Source: an uncultured Actinomycetota bacterium (GTDB lineage: Bacteria > Actinomycetota > Actinomycetes > CAVWCF01). From it: 64,000 bases of DNA. The DNA is taken from assembly GCA_963753435.1 (NCBI GenBank), contig CAVWCF010000001.1, positions 1,636,502 to 1,700,501 on the forward strand, written 5' to 3'. A model generated the notes under the pieces. It made no database searches. It was not told the origin of the DNA and saw only the letters and a list, made by a program, of their open reading frames with translations. Positions 39,311 through 49,506 of the stretch are shown piece after piece. The position numbers were made by a program, and so were the translations under genes. Every line of letters starts with the position of its first letter. Within the stretch, counting starts at the first letter, position 1.

Positions 39311-39886
39311 ATGCCCGCCGATGCGCCGCTGGTCCACTTGGAGACCCGGGCGGAACTGCGCGAGTGGCTGCACGCCAACCATGACGGCGACATCTCCGCG
39401 ATCTGGTTGGTGCAATGGCGCACCCCCACCGGCCGCCCGGCGATCCCCTATGACGATGTCGTCGAGGAGTGCTTGTGCTTCGGCTGGATCGACTCGACGG
39501 TCCGCAAGTTCGATGAGGAGCGTCGCGGCCTCTACCTGAGCCGCCGCAAGAGGGGCGGCACCTGGTCGGCGGTGAACAAGCGGCGCCTGGAGCACCTGCT
39601 CCCCTCCGGCCTGATGCAACCGTCGGGGCTGGCCGCGATCGAACGCGCCAAGGCCGACGGTTCCTGGACCGTCCTGGATTCCGTCGAGGCGCTGGAGATG
39701 CCGGAGGACCTGGCCGCCGCGCTGGACGCCGCACCCTCGGCCCGCGACAACTACGAGTCGTTCAGTCGCAGCATCAAGAAGCAGATCCTGTGGTGGATCG
39801 TCAGCGCGAAACGGGAGCAGACGCGGCACAAGCGGATAGCTGAAGTCGTGGCAGCAGCGCAGTCAGGCAAGGCGCCAGTCGGATAG
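39311..39886 (+). CDS. YdeI/OmpD-associated (OmdA) family protein
   Basis: WLHANH, EECLCFGWIDS, WSAVNK, AKREQTR.KRI. Confidence 0.88.
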   Translation: MPADAPLVHLETRAELREWLHANHDGDISAIWLVQWRTPTGRPAIPYDDVVEECLCFGWIDSTVRKFDEERRGLYLSRRKRGGTWSAVNKRRLEHLLPSGLMQPSGLAAIERAKADGSWTVLDSVEALEMPEDLAAALDAAPSARDNYESFSRSIKKQILWWIVSAKREQTRHKRIAEVVAAAQSGKAPVG

Positions 39887-40047
39887 CGCGGTCGCCATCT
39901 CCAGGTCACTGACGTGAGTCCGGATGTCGGCCAACGGCGGGCTGGAGGCGCCGAAACCACGCCGCCCGCCTAAGCGCACCGATATCTTCAGAGCCTGTTG
40001 GAGTAGTTCGCGCTGCGCCGGTGCGGGCCGGAAACCGGAGGTTGTGC

Positions 40048-43000
40048 GTGCGTTCGTGCGTGAGTTGCTCGACCGAGTTGCCCGCGGGCGCTCGGTTCTG
40101 CCTCGAGTGCGGCACCCCGGTTGCCCGCGTTTGCCCGGCGTGCGGAACCCCGGCCGAGCGGGGCCGCTTTTGCGGCGAGTGCGGCACCCAACTGTCGGCG
40201 GAGCCGCCGGATCAGGGCGACGCCCTGGTGGCCGAGCGACGCGTCACTTCGGTCCTGTTCGCGGACCTGGTCGGATTCACGCCGTTGTCGGAGAGCCGCG
40301 ACTCCGAAGAGGTTCGCGACTTCCTGTCCCGCTACTTCGCCGAGTGCCGCACCGTCATCGGTCGTTACGGCGGAACGGTGGAGAAGTTCATCGGCGACGC
40401 GGTGATGGCCGTCTGGGGCGTGCCCAGCGCGCGCGAGGACGACGCCGAACGTGCGGTTCGCGCCGGGCTGGAGCTCACGTCGGTAATGGCCGGTCTCGGT
40501 GAGGAGGTCGGCGTCGCCGGCCTGTCGATGCGCGTTGGTGTGGTGACCGGCGAAGTAGCGGTCACCGTCGGCGCAACGAACGAGGGAATGGTTGCCGGCG
40601 ACGCCGTCAACACGGCTGCTCGCGTGCAGGCAGCCGCCGCCCCCGGTGAGATCTGGGTGGATGACGCCACCCACTCGCTCACCGCCGCCGCCATCGCCTA
40701 CGAGGACGTGGGCGAGCATGAGCTCAAGGGCAAGTCCGGGCCCGTGCACCTGCATGCCGCGCGCGCCGTGGTCGCCGACGTCGGCGGCGAGCAGCGCGTC
40801 GACGGGCTGGAAGCGCCGTTGGCTGGGCGCGATCGGGATCTGCGGCTGCTGAAGGAGTTGTTCCACGGCACCGAGGAGTCCCAGCGACCCAAGCTCGTCG
40901 TGGTCGACGGTGAAGCCGGCATCGGCAAGTCGCGGCTGGCGTGGGAGTTTGAGAAGTACGTCGACGGTCTGGCCGCGGTTATCCGCTGGCATCGCGGCCG
41001 GTGCCTTTCCTACGGCGACGGTGTCGCCTTCTGGCCGCTGGTCGAGGCGGTGCGCGCGCGGCTGGGGCTCAGCGAAGGTGACTCCGGGGCGGTCGTGGCC
41101 GAGCGACTGGAAGAAGGCCTGGCGACCTACGTCCCCGATGGCGACGAACGCGACTGGCTGCGGCCGCGACTCGGCACCCTGGTCGGCGTCGAGCGCTCGG
41201 GGGCCTTCCCCCAGTCGGAGTTGTTCGTGGCTTGGACCACCTGGTTCGAGCGGGTGGGCGCGGAAGCGGCCGCGCTCGTTCTGGTTGTCGAGGACGCCCA
41301 GCACGCCGACGAGGGGATGCTCGACTTCCTGGAGCACCTGTTGGCGAACGCGCAGTCGGCGATCTTCGTAGTCGCCTTGGCCCGGCCGGAGCTCCTGGAG
41401 CGGCGGCCAGGCATCGGCGGGCGCCGGGCGTCGGTGATCCGGCTTGATGCTTTGGACGGCAAGTCCATGGAGCGGCTCGTGGACGGGCTCGTCGAAGGCC
41501 TGTCGCCGGAGGACCGGTCGGCCATCGCAGATCGATCAGAGGGTGTTCCGCTTTTCGCCGTTGAGACGCTGCGGGCCCTGATTGACCGCGACGTCGTCGT
41601 CCCAAGTGGCGGTCGGTATGTAGTCGCCGACGACGCGAAGTTGGATCTGGAGGTCGTGGGGGCACCCGCCACCCTGCACGCGCTGGTAGCGGCGCGGATC
41701 GATGCGCTGTCCAGTGACGAGCGTCGGATCGTCGCCGATGCCAGCGTGCTTGGCATGGTTTTCACCAGGGATGGCCTGTTGGCGCTCGGCGCCGAACCGG
41801 ATGTCGTCGACCAGTGCCTGGATTCGTTGCAGCGCAAGGAGATCTTCTCGGTCCAGCAGGACCGGTTCGCCGCTGATCGCGGGCAGTTGCGCTTCGTGCA
41901 AGCAGTCGTTCGTCAGGTCGCCTACGGCACGCAGTCGCGCCGAGACCGTAAGCGCCGGCACCTGGCCGTGGCCGACTACATGTCCGGGCTGCCGGACGCC
42001 GACACCGACTTGGCGATGGTCATCGGTCAGCATCTGCTGGACGCCGTAGACGCGTCTTCTGCCAACGACGACGACGTTGCAGCACTTAACGAACGAGCGT
42101 GTCTGCTGCTGGAGAAGGCCGGGCTTCGATCCCGCGCCCTCGGTTCCATGGCCGAAGCACATCGCCTTTTCGCCGGTGCGCTCGAACGGGCTGCGACCCC
42201 ACTGGACCAGGCGCGGCTGGGAGTGGAGGCCGCCACCGCCGCTTCGGACGCGGGCGAATTCGCGCAGGCCGCCGAGATCGCGGCGACCGCGGCCGAGCAG
42301 TACGACTCGCTGGGGCTGCCGATCGAGGCCGGGTTCGCGGCCGGCATCCAGACTCAGTGCTTTGCCCTGATGCTCGACCCGGATGCCGCGATCGAAGCGG
42401 GCAGCGGTCGGTGGGACGCGCTTCAGGGCGTCGCCGGCGCCGAAGCAGCGCTGATCAGCCTTGGCAAGGGTCTGGGGATGGCCTACAACGCGCGCAGTGA
42501 GGTCGACACGGCCGGCGAGGTCTGTCAGGTGCGGTTGCGCTCCGCCGAAGCCCTGGGCGAGCCGGAGCAAATTGCCCAGGCGATGCTCGCAGTAGGCGTG
42601 CACTACGGCTTGACCGGGTTCCCCGAGACCTCGCGGGCACTGACCGATGCCGCGGCCCGCATCTGCCGCGAGGAGGACAAGCACCTGGAGGTCCTCGCCC
42701 ACTCCCTGAACAACCTCGCTGCGTTCCACATCAGCCGCAATCTCGAAGTTGCCGAGGAGTCCGCCCGCGAGGGGCTGGCCGTGGCGCGGCGGGCGGGGGT
42801 CGCGGGTTTCGCCGACTACAACATGTTGAACCTGGCGATCGTCCTGTGGCTGTCCGGTCGCATCCAGGAGGCGACGGAGTTGCTCGACGATGCGCGCGAG
42901 TGGATCTCGTTGCCAGTACTGCAATTGGCGGTGCTGTCGCTGGACAACCGGATTCGCGAGGCGGTGGGGCGTCCACCGACCGATCTGCCTGAGGTCAAAG

Positions 43001-43566
43001 ACACCGATGTGGGCGCCATCGTGATGGCCGATGTCGCGATGGCCCGTGCCATGCATGCGGGTGAATTCGACGAGGCCGCCAAGTTGGCCGAGTCGTCCCT
43101 GCCGCAGTTGTTGTCCAGCACGGGGATCGACGACGACTTCATGTGGCTGTGGCCGGAGATGGTTCGCTCCTGTGTGGCCGCTGGTGACACGGCCCGAGCA
43201 GAGCGCCTGCTTGCTCCGGTTGAGGATGCGGCCAAGGGGATCGTCTCGCCGGCGGTCTCGGCGGAGTGGCGCTGGCTTCGGGGTCTGGTGGCGGCGCTTC
43301 GCGGCGATGCCCCAGAGCAGGTGGAAGCCGACCTCCGGCGGGGCATCGCCGAACTGGACGATTTCGGGGCGCGTGGAATGCGCGCCCAGGCGCAGGAGGA
43401 CCTGGCCCGTTGGCTCGTGGAGCAAGGCCGGGCCTCCGAAGCCCAGGAGTTGGTCGCGCTCGTGCGCGCCGAGTACACGGAGATGGGCGCCGACGGGTGG
43501 CTGCAGAAACTGAACTCGTGGGCGGCGAGCAGCGTGGAACTGCCGGCCACATCCCCGTCCCGCTGA
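40048..43566 (+). CDS. Class III adenylate/guanylate cyclase with double zinc ribbon, STAND AAA ATPase and TPR-like region
   Basis: Four CxxC; LFADLVGFT, EKFIGDAVMA, GDAVNTAAR; GEAGIGKSRL, VEDAQHAD; GGAGG before GTG 40048. Confidence 0.92.
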   Translation: MRSCVSCSTELPAGARFCLECGTPVARVCPACGTPAERGRFCGECGTQLSAEPPDQGDALVAERRVTSVLFADLVGFTPLSESRDSEEVRDFLSRYFAECRTVIGRYGGTVEKFIGDAVMAVWGVPSAREDDAERAVRAGLELTSVMAGLGEEVGVAGLSMRVGVVTGEVAVTVGATNEGMVAGDAVNTAARVQAAAAPGEIWVDDATHSLTAAAIAYEDVGEHELKGKSGPVHLHAARAVVADVGGEQRVDGLEAPLAGRDRDLRLLKELFHGTEESQRPKLVVVDGEAGIGKSRLAWEFEKYVDGLAAVIRWHRGRCLSYGDGVAFWPLVEAVRARLGLSEGDSGAVVAERLEEGLATYVPDGDERDWLRPRLGTLVGVERSGAFPQSELFVAWTTWFERVGAEAAALVLVVEDAQHADEGMLDFLEHLLANAQSAIFVVALARPELLERRPGIGGRRASVIRLDALDGKSMERLVDGLVEGLSPEDRSAIADRSEGVPLFAVETLRALIDRDVVVPSGGRYVVADDAKLDLEVVGAPATLHALVAARIDALSSDERRIVADASVLGMVFTRDGLLALGAEPDVVDQCLDSLQRKEIFSVQQDRFAADRGQLRFVQAVVRQVAYGTQSRRDRKRRHLAVADYMSGLPDADTDLAMVIGQHLLDAVDASSANDDDVAALNERACLLLEKAGLRSRALGSMAEAHRLFAGALERAATPLDQARLGVEAATAASDAGEFAQAAEIAATAAEQYDSLGLPIEAGFAAGIQTQCFALMLDPDAAIEAGSGRWDALQGVAGAEAALISLGKGLGMAYNARSEVDTAGEVCQVRLRSAEALGEPEQIAQAMLAVGVHYGLTGFPETSRALTDAAARICREEDKHLEVLAHSLNNLAAFHISRNLEVAEESAREGLAVARRAGVAGFADYNMLNLAIVLWLSGRIQEATELLDDAREWISLPVLQLAVLSLDNRIREAVGRPPTDLPEVKDTDVGAIVMADVAMARAMHAGEFDEAAKLAESSLPQLLSSTGIDDDFMWLWPEMVRSCVAAGDTARAERLLAPVEDAAKGIVSPAVSAEWRWLRGLVAALRGDAPEQVEADLRRGIAELDDFGARGMRAQAQEDLARWLVEQGRASEAQELVALVRAEYTEMGADGWLQKLNSWAASSVELPATSPSR

Positions 43567-43608
43567 GCGGCCGCCGATTCGACCCGGTCGGGTCCTAGCA
43601 GCGCCCGA

Positions 43609-43836
43609 TCAGCTTGTTCCGGACTCGCGGATGCGGTCGCGCGCCCGCCATCGGGCAATGCGTGGAAGCTGCCACTTGATGACGCCGGTCCAGAACACCA
43701 CCGCGATAACGCCGAACTTGTAGACGTTGTTGACGGTGTCTGAGTAGCCATCGGCTGGCAGGAAGAAGAAGTACGCGGAGATGGACAGGCCGAAGAGGAA
43801 GTGGACCCAGCGCAGTGCCTTGTTCCATGTCTTCAT
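43609..43836 (-). CDS. Small two-TM membrane protein
   Basis: LRWVHFLFG ... VVFWTGVIKWQ.PR; GC3-biased codons. Confidence 0.7.
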   Translation of the reverse strand: MKTWNKALRWVHFLFGLSISAYFFFLPADGYSDTVNNVYKFGVIAVVFWTGVIKWQLPRIARWRARDRIRESGTS

Positions 43837-43896
43837 GCGGCGACCGTAGCGATCAGCGGGAGATTGCGAGGCAAACTCACGCTTTAGGCTCACCGC

Positions 43897-45150
43897 GTGC
43901 GACAGCCGGGCGGAATCGGCGCGTTCTCGCTCCTGTCCGGCGCACGGTGGTTCCCGGTGGGCCTTGGCCTCTCGGTGCTCGTCCTCATCATGCAGTCACG
44001 GGGACTGTCCGTGGCGGCGGTCGGCCTCGTGGTCGGCGTCTACTCGATAACCACCCTTGCCCTGGAGCTGCCGACCGGCGCTCTTGGGGACGCCTGGAGC
44101 CGCAACCGCGTAGTCGTTCTCGGCGCGCTGACGGAGATGTGTGCGTTCCTGCTGCTGGCGGTAGCACCGGGCTTCGCAACGATGCTTGTTGCTGCGGTGC
44201 TCCTTGGGGCCGGAAGCGCGCTGGTCACCGGACCGCTGCCGGCTTGGTTCGTCGACGCCAAACTCGCAGTGGATGCGGACAGCGACCTGCGCCCGGGTCT
44301 GGCGCGTGGACAAGCCGCGGAGACGGTGGCCCTGGCCTTGGGCATAGGCGTCGGCGGCCTCCTGCCCGGGCTCGTGGGGGAGCAGTGGCTGGGCCTGCCG
44401 TCAGGCGGAGACGCGGTGCTGGTCTCCCTTTCGGTGCCGCTGCTGCTGGCCGCGGCCGCGGAACTGCTGTTTGCCGTCCTGGTTGTGGTCTTGATGACCG
44501 GGCCGGATCACCGGAATGAAGCGACCGGTTCGGTTTCGCAGGCGATGCGCACGGCGATCGGCGATGCCCTGCGACTGTCGCGGCGCAGTCGCATTGTTCG
44601 ACTGTTGTTGGTCGGAGTTGTTGCCGTCGGATTCGTCCTGTCCGGCATGGAGCTGTTGATTCCTGGGGAACTGTCCGCGATCCAGGGCGACCCGGAGTCC
44701 GGTGCGGCGACCTACGGCCTGCTGGCTGCTGTCGGGTTCCTGCTCGGCGCAGTGGCGGCGCTTGCGTCTCCGGCCGCTGCCCGCCGGGCCTGGCCGGGTT
44801 CCCCGGCGAAGTTGGTTGCGGCAAGTGCGCTGGCCGGCGCCCTCGGGGTCGCGGGCATCCTGTTCGGCGGGCTGGGTGCGGTCGCCGGGGGATACGTCTG
44901 GGTCTACACGTTGCTTGCGTTCATCGGCCCACTCACTGCGGACCTGCTGCACCGGCAGGCAGACGCCTCGATCCGTAGCACCGTGTTGTCCATCGAATCC
45001 ATGGCGATCGGGGTCGGCGGGATCACCGGTTCGGTGGCCCTGGGCCTGCTCAGTTCGACATTCGGCACTGGGGTCGGCTTCACGGTCATGGCCGTGGCAC
45101 TGCTCGTAGCAGCTGGTTCCTACGCGCGGATCTCCAGCCAGGCCAGGTGA
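43897..45150 (+). CDS. MFS transporter
   Basis: LELPTGALGDAWSR, IRSTVLS, about 12 TM. Confidence 0.88.
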   Translation: MRQPGGIGAFSLLSGARWFPVGLGLSVLVLIMQSRGLSVAAVGLVVGVYSITTLALELPTGALGDAWSRNRVVVLGALTEMCAFLLLAVAPGFATMLVAAVLLGAGSALVTGPLPAWFVDAKLAVDADSDLRPGLARGQAAETVALALGIGVGGLLPGLVGEQWLGLPSGGDAVLVSLSVPLLLAAAAELLFAVLVVVLMTGPDHRNEATGSVSQAMRTAIGDALRLSRRSRIVRLLLVGVVAVGFVLSGMELLIPGELSAIQGDPESGAATYGLLAAVGFLLGAVAALASPAAARRAWPGSPAKLVAASALAGALGVAGILFGGLGAVAGGYVWVYTLLAFIGPLTADLLHRQADASIRSTVLSIESMAIGVGGITGSVALGLLSSTFGTGVGFTVMAVALLVAAGSYARISSQAR

Positions 45151-45191
45151 GCGGAAAACGGGCACTTGGGGGCGAAGGAGCGCGGCCGGAT

Positions 45192-45220
45192 GTGACTTTG
45201 GCGCCGCCAGCCCGTACGCT
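45192..45220 (+). promoter_or_regulatory. Putative housekeeping-sigma promoter GTGACT-N17-TACGCT
   Basis: Exact 17-bp spacing, in an intergenic region between convergent genes. Confidence 0.5.
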
Positions 45221-45382
45221 TTGGGCAGCATCTCGCATTGTGGATGCCCGGGACGCCCGCAAGATGCTCCCGGTTCTGTGCTCGAAACGCTCACGTTTCA
45301 GCCTCGGAATGCCGAATCTTGACCCAGCCGCCTGGCGTGTTTGCGCCGCGGCTGGCGCAGTGTGTGAAAGGAGGTCGCCGAA

Positions 45383-45418
45383 ATGCGCGACCAAGATTTC
45401 GGTCCCTGGGACGACTGA
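45383..45418 (+). CDS. Candidate 11-aa micropeptide MRDQDFGPWDD within a structured small transcript
   Basis: Near-perfect SD AAAGGAGGT about 7-8 nt before ATG; promoter upstream and hairpin downstream. Confidence 0.4.
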   Translation: MRDQDFGPWDD

Positions 45419-45439
45419 CGTTCCATACCTAAACGTTGA

Positions 45440-45473
45440 ACTGAGGGGAGCCCTGAACGGGGCTCCCCTCAGT
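45440..45473. terminator. Intrinsic terminator-like hairpin (possibly bidirectional)
   Basis: 14-bp stem ACTGAGGGGAGCCC / GGGCTCCCCTCAGT. Confidence 0.75.
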
Positions 45474-45483
45474 CGTTAACGGC

Positions 45484-45867
45484 TCAGTTCTGCGCGGCGG
45501 GGCGCTTCCTCGCGGCGTTCTCCTGGATCCGTTCGGTCACGACCAGCCGCACCACGTCCGCCGGCAGCGGCTCATCGGGGGTGAAGTGCAACGTGGCACC
45601 GGAGACCGTGACCCCGCGCAACTGTTCGCTGAGCCTCCGAACCAGCGGCGGGCTCATGGTGAACAGGCTGCAGTGTTTCGTGGCCGCGCCGTAGCCGACG
45701 AGCATGCCGTCCTGGGCGAACGTGGGCACTTGGTAGCTGATCAGTTCGCGCGCCTCGGGGGCGATGGAGCGGATCAGCTCCCGCAGGTCTTGCAGGGCTC
45801 GGCGAACGTCTTCTGGCTGGTTCGCGAGGTACGCGTCGACGTCAGCGGGCCCGGTGGTATTAGCCAT
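45484..45867 (-). CDS. DUF1801/YdhG-like (iron chaperone) protein
   Basis: VDAYLA..P..R..L..LR..I..APEA.E.ISYQVPTF, TLHF..EPLP. Confidence 0.85.
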   Translation of the reverse strand: MANTTGPADVDAYLANQPEDVRRALQDLRELIRSIAPEARELISYQVPTFAQDGMLVGYGAATKHCSLFTMSPPLVRRLSEQLRGVTVSGATLHFTPDEPLPADVVRLVVTERIQENAARKRPAAQN

Positions 45868-45937
45868 GGCCACATGCTGACGCGCATCGCCGCCGCTTGT
45901 CACCAGGGGTTTGCAGTGGATCGGGTTCGGCCCGGGG

Positions 45938-46868
45938 CTAGGCGAACGCGTAGCTCACCCCGGTCAGGTCTTCGGACGCCTGCCAGAGCCTGGCTGCGAC
46001 GTCGGCGTCGTAGGCGGACTCGGCCGCGTGCACGAGGACCGGTGCACCCCGAGTCTCCGCGATGCCACCGGGGCCGTAGTACTCCCCGCCTTTGACTTCC
46101 GGATCGGTGACCGCGCGCAGCGACGGCAGCGCGCCGCGAGCCGCCGACTGCGCCACGATCGGCAGCAGGGGTTCGCTTACCGCCAACAGCACCGAAGTGA
46201 TGCCGCCGGGACGTTGGCGGAACAGGCTGGTCGCGGCAGCGCCGGGGTGCGCGGCCACCGCGATGCAGTCCGCGCCGGCTTGCGACGAGGCGCCGCTGCA
46301 GTTCGAACGCGAACAACAGGTTCGCCAGCTTGGACTGCCCATACGCAGCACCGGGGGAGTAGTTGTCCTCGGCGTTGAGGTCCTCGAAGTTGATGCGCCC
46401 ACCACGGTGCCCGCTGCTGGAGACGGTGACGACGCGGGAACCGGGTGTGCCTAGCAGTTGCGGCATCAGGTGCCCGGTCAGCGCGAAGTGGCCGAGGTGG
46501 TTCACGCCGAACTGGGTCTCGAAACCGTCGACGGTCCTGCCGTACGGGGGGATCATCACGCCGGCGTTGTTGATGAGCCCGTCCAGGCGGTCGTGGTCGG
46601 CAGTCACGGCTTTGGCGGCGGCTGCAACCGAACTCAGGTCGGCGAGGTCCAGGTGCACCGTTGCCACCGCGCCGGGCGCGCCGGTGCGCCGGATGCGTTC
46701 GGCTGCGTCCGCACCCTTGGTGAGGTTGCGGACGCCCAGCAGCACGGTGGCGCCGTGTTGGGCCAACGCCCGCGCGGTCTCCAGGCCGATGCCGCTGTTG
46801 GCGCCGGTGACCAGGAACGTGCGCCCGGTCTGGTCACCGATGTTGTCCTCAGACCACGAGTCAGTCAT
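45938..46868 (-). pseudogene. SDR oxidoreductase (retinol-DH-like) with apparent +1 frameshift near 46285; may be a sequencing error
   Basis: TGANSGIG, NNAGVM, GVNHLGHF, YGQSK in one frame; AAHPG, GALPSL, GEYYGP, LWQASE.LTG in the next. Confidence 0.8.
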
Positions 46869-46969
46869 ACGAACAGTCTCCCCCGAGTCGTGACGGCACG
46901 CCCCCGCAAGGTTGCCAGGGCTGACGTGTAGTCGCTTCGACGATAGGTTTCGCCCACCTAGGGGGTCTC

Positions 46970-47985
46970 ATGCGCACACTCGTATCGCTGCTAGCCGGCG
47001 GCGCCTTGGCGGCGACCGCGCTGGTCGTGGCCGGCCCGGCTGCGGCGGCACCACCGGCCGACAACCCCGGTGCCGAGCACCGGCGGATCGTCGACTACTG
47101 GACGCCGGAGAAGGTGGCGCAGGCGAAGTCCGCAGACCGGGTGCTGGACACCAAGGGCCGCGTCGCACCGGCCGCGCGCGGCGGCGGCGGGACCAAAGGC
47201 AAGCCCGGCGGCGGTGGCGACTCCGGCGGCGGTGGCTCGACCACCAGCGTGCTGGGGGCGTCCTGGACCGGCGGCGGTGCGGTGCTGAAGACCACCGGCA
47301 AGGTGCTGTTCTCCCTCAGCACTGGTGACTATGTGTGCTCGGCCAGCCTGGTCAACGACGGGGTTTCCGGTCGCGCGATCGCGGCCACGGCCGGGCACTG
47401 TGTCTACGACGAACGGGCCGGTCAGTTCGCGACGAACTGGATGTTCGTGCCCGGCGTTCGACTCCGCCCCGACGTTCAACTGCAGCGCCACGGCGTTCGG
47501 TTGCTGGACCGCGTCGGCCCTGGTGACCACGACGGCTTGGTCCGGCGGGGACTTCAACGGCGACATCGGGTTCGCCGTGCTGGGTGCCGGCGGCAAGTCC
47601 GGCGGCCAGGCCGACGACGTCGTTGGTGCGCAGGCGATCGCGTTCAACACGCACCCACCCCACGTTCGTGCACGCGTTCGGCTACCCGGCTGAGGGCAAG
47701 TACTCCGGCAGCGACCTCGTCTACTGCGCCGGCACCGACGCCGCGGACCGGTACAGCTCCGGCTCCACCACTTACGGGGTGTCGTGCTCGTTGAACGGCG
47801 GCAGCAGCGGTGGTCCGTGGTTCCGCGACTTCGTCACCAACACCGGTGTCGGCACGGTCACTTCGGTGAACTCCTACACCTACCGCGGCGTGAAGAACCG
47901 CATGTTCGGTCCCTACCTGGGCTCGTTGGCGCAGAACACGTTCAACACGGCCAAGGCTGCGACGGGCAACTCGCTCGTCGGGTAG
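46970..47985 (+). pseudogene. Secreted trypsin-like (S1) serine protease with two apparent +1 frameshifts (about 47453 and 47655); may be sequencing errors
   Basis: Signal peptide, YWTPE, TAGHC (frame 1), DIGFA (frame 2), GYPA and GGSSGGPW (frame 3). Confidence 0.82.
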
Positions 47986-48099
47986 CGGCTACCGGCGGGG
48001 CCGCTTCCGAACGAGCCCTTACCCAACTGCAGTCTGCTGCGCCTCTGTCAAGCCCCACCTCTTGCCTGCCGACAGGTAGACAGACTGGGGGAGGCGGCG

Positions 48100-48879
48100 G
48101 TGGGTGAAGTGCCCCGTGTGGCGGTCTTGTTCGACTGCGACAACGTTCCCGCCACGGCGGTCGAACCAGTTCTCACCGAGTTGGCTGCCCACGGCACGAT
48201 GAGCATCAAGCGCGCCTACGGGGACTTCAGCGGCCCGCAGTTGAAGGCTTGGGCACCGGTATGCCGGGAGTTGGCCATCCATCCGGTGCAGCAGTACCCG
48301 AACCGCCCAGGCAAGAACGCGACGGATTCGGCACTGATCATCGACGCTATGGATCTGCTGTATCAGACCGAAACCGACATCTTCTGCATCATCTCCAGTG
48401 ACAGCGACTTCACTCGGCTCGCCAGTCGACTGCGGGAATCCGGAAAGCACGTTCATGGCGTCGGCGCGAGGGTCGCGCCCGCGGCCTTTCAGAATGCTTG
48501 CGACCGATTCACCCACTTGGAACTGCTGCTGAATGGAACAGGTGACGAGATCGCGGGTAACGCCGTTGAAGAACGCGCCAACCCCGAGTCACGTACACGG
48601 ACTGAAACTGGGGCGCCGGCTCAGACCCCCGACGGAGGCGCTGAGACACCGGTTGTCGCGAAGCTGCTGCACCGGGCGATCAAGGCATCCATCAAAGAGG
48701 ATGGGTGGGCGCCCTTGTCCGCTGTCGGGTCCTACCTGATCTCCTCGCACCCCAGTTTCGACACCCGGACTTACGGACACGCGAAACTCAGCGACCTCGT
48801 ACAGGCTCAGCCAGGTATCAAGGTTCGCAAGCGCACCTCCAGTGGCGGGACCGCGGTCCTCTGGGTACGCCAGACCTAG
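48100..48879 (+). CDS. NYN-domain protein with C-terminal OST-HTH/LOTUS domain
   Basis: FDCDN, RAYGD, GKNATD..L.IDAMD, SSDSDF, FD.RTYG..KLS.L. Confidence 0.92.
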   Translation: MGEVPRVAVLFDCDNVPATAVEPVLTELAAHGTMSIKRAYGDFSGPQLKAWAPVCRELAIHPVQQYPNRPGKNATDSALIIDAMDLLYQTETDIFCIISSDSDFTRLASRLRESGKHVHGVGARVAPAAFQNACDRFTHLELLLNGTGDEIAGNAVEERANPESRTRTETGAPAQTPDGGAETPVVAKLLHRAIKASIKEDGWAPLSAVGSYLISSHPSFDTRTYGHAKLSDLVQAQPGIKVRKRTSSGGTAVLWVRQT

Positions 48880-48902
48880 TTCTGTTGGAGCTGCGGGTGG
48901 GA

Positions 48903-49478
48903 CTAGCGGTCGCGTAGCCCCTTGCCCGCCAGGATCGCGGGCACGCAGGCGTCGATGCGGCGTTGCCGGGTCTCGGACTGCTTGGCGCTGCCGAAGTGCA
49001 GGTTGTACTCCCGGCGCCGTCCCGGGGTGAGGGCGTTGAAGGCCTCGCGGAAGTCGGCGTCGGAGTCCAGGCGTTGTTGCAGCTCGTCAACGGGGACCAT
49101 TTCGGGGGCAGGCCCGACCTCAGCACCGGATTCCTCGACGGCGATGGCCTCGGCGACGTAGGCGCCGATCGTTTGCGCCAGTTGCTCGACTTGTTCGGCC
49201 GACGTCAGGCAGATGCGCAGTGCCGACCTTGTCTGCTCACCCTGGCTCTGCAGGATCTGCTCGGGGTCGGACAGCAGCGCCCCTTTGAAGAACATGACCG
49301 CCAGGAAGTCCTTCATCTCCTGCAGGATCAGGATGTTCTTGCCGCCGTGGCTGTAGCAGGGCTTGCCCCACTTGATGGATTCGTCCAGGCCGGCGCTTAG
49401 CAGGATCGGGCGGACCGCGGCGATCTCGTCGGGCCACAGTTTGGATCGGGCGACGTACTCGTCGACCTTGGCGTTCAC
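48903..49478 (-). CDS. YdeI family protein (DUF1801 plus OmdA)
   Basis: IKWGKPCY, FFKGALL.DP, LTPGR.R.Y, AKQSETR..RI. Confidence 0.88.
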   Translation of the reverse strand: MNAKVDEYVARSKLWPDEIAAVRPILLSAGLDESIKWGKPCYSHGGKNILILQEMKDFLAVMFFKGALLSDPEQILQSQGEQTRSALRICLTSAEQVEQLAQTIGAYVAEAIAVEESGAEVGPAPEMVPVDELQQRLDSDADFREAFNALTPGRRREYNLHFGSAKQSETRQRRIDACVPAILAGKGLRDR

Positions 49479-49506
49479 CCGCGCAAGGTAGCGGGCGGGG
49501 TGCCGA

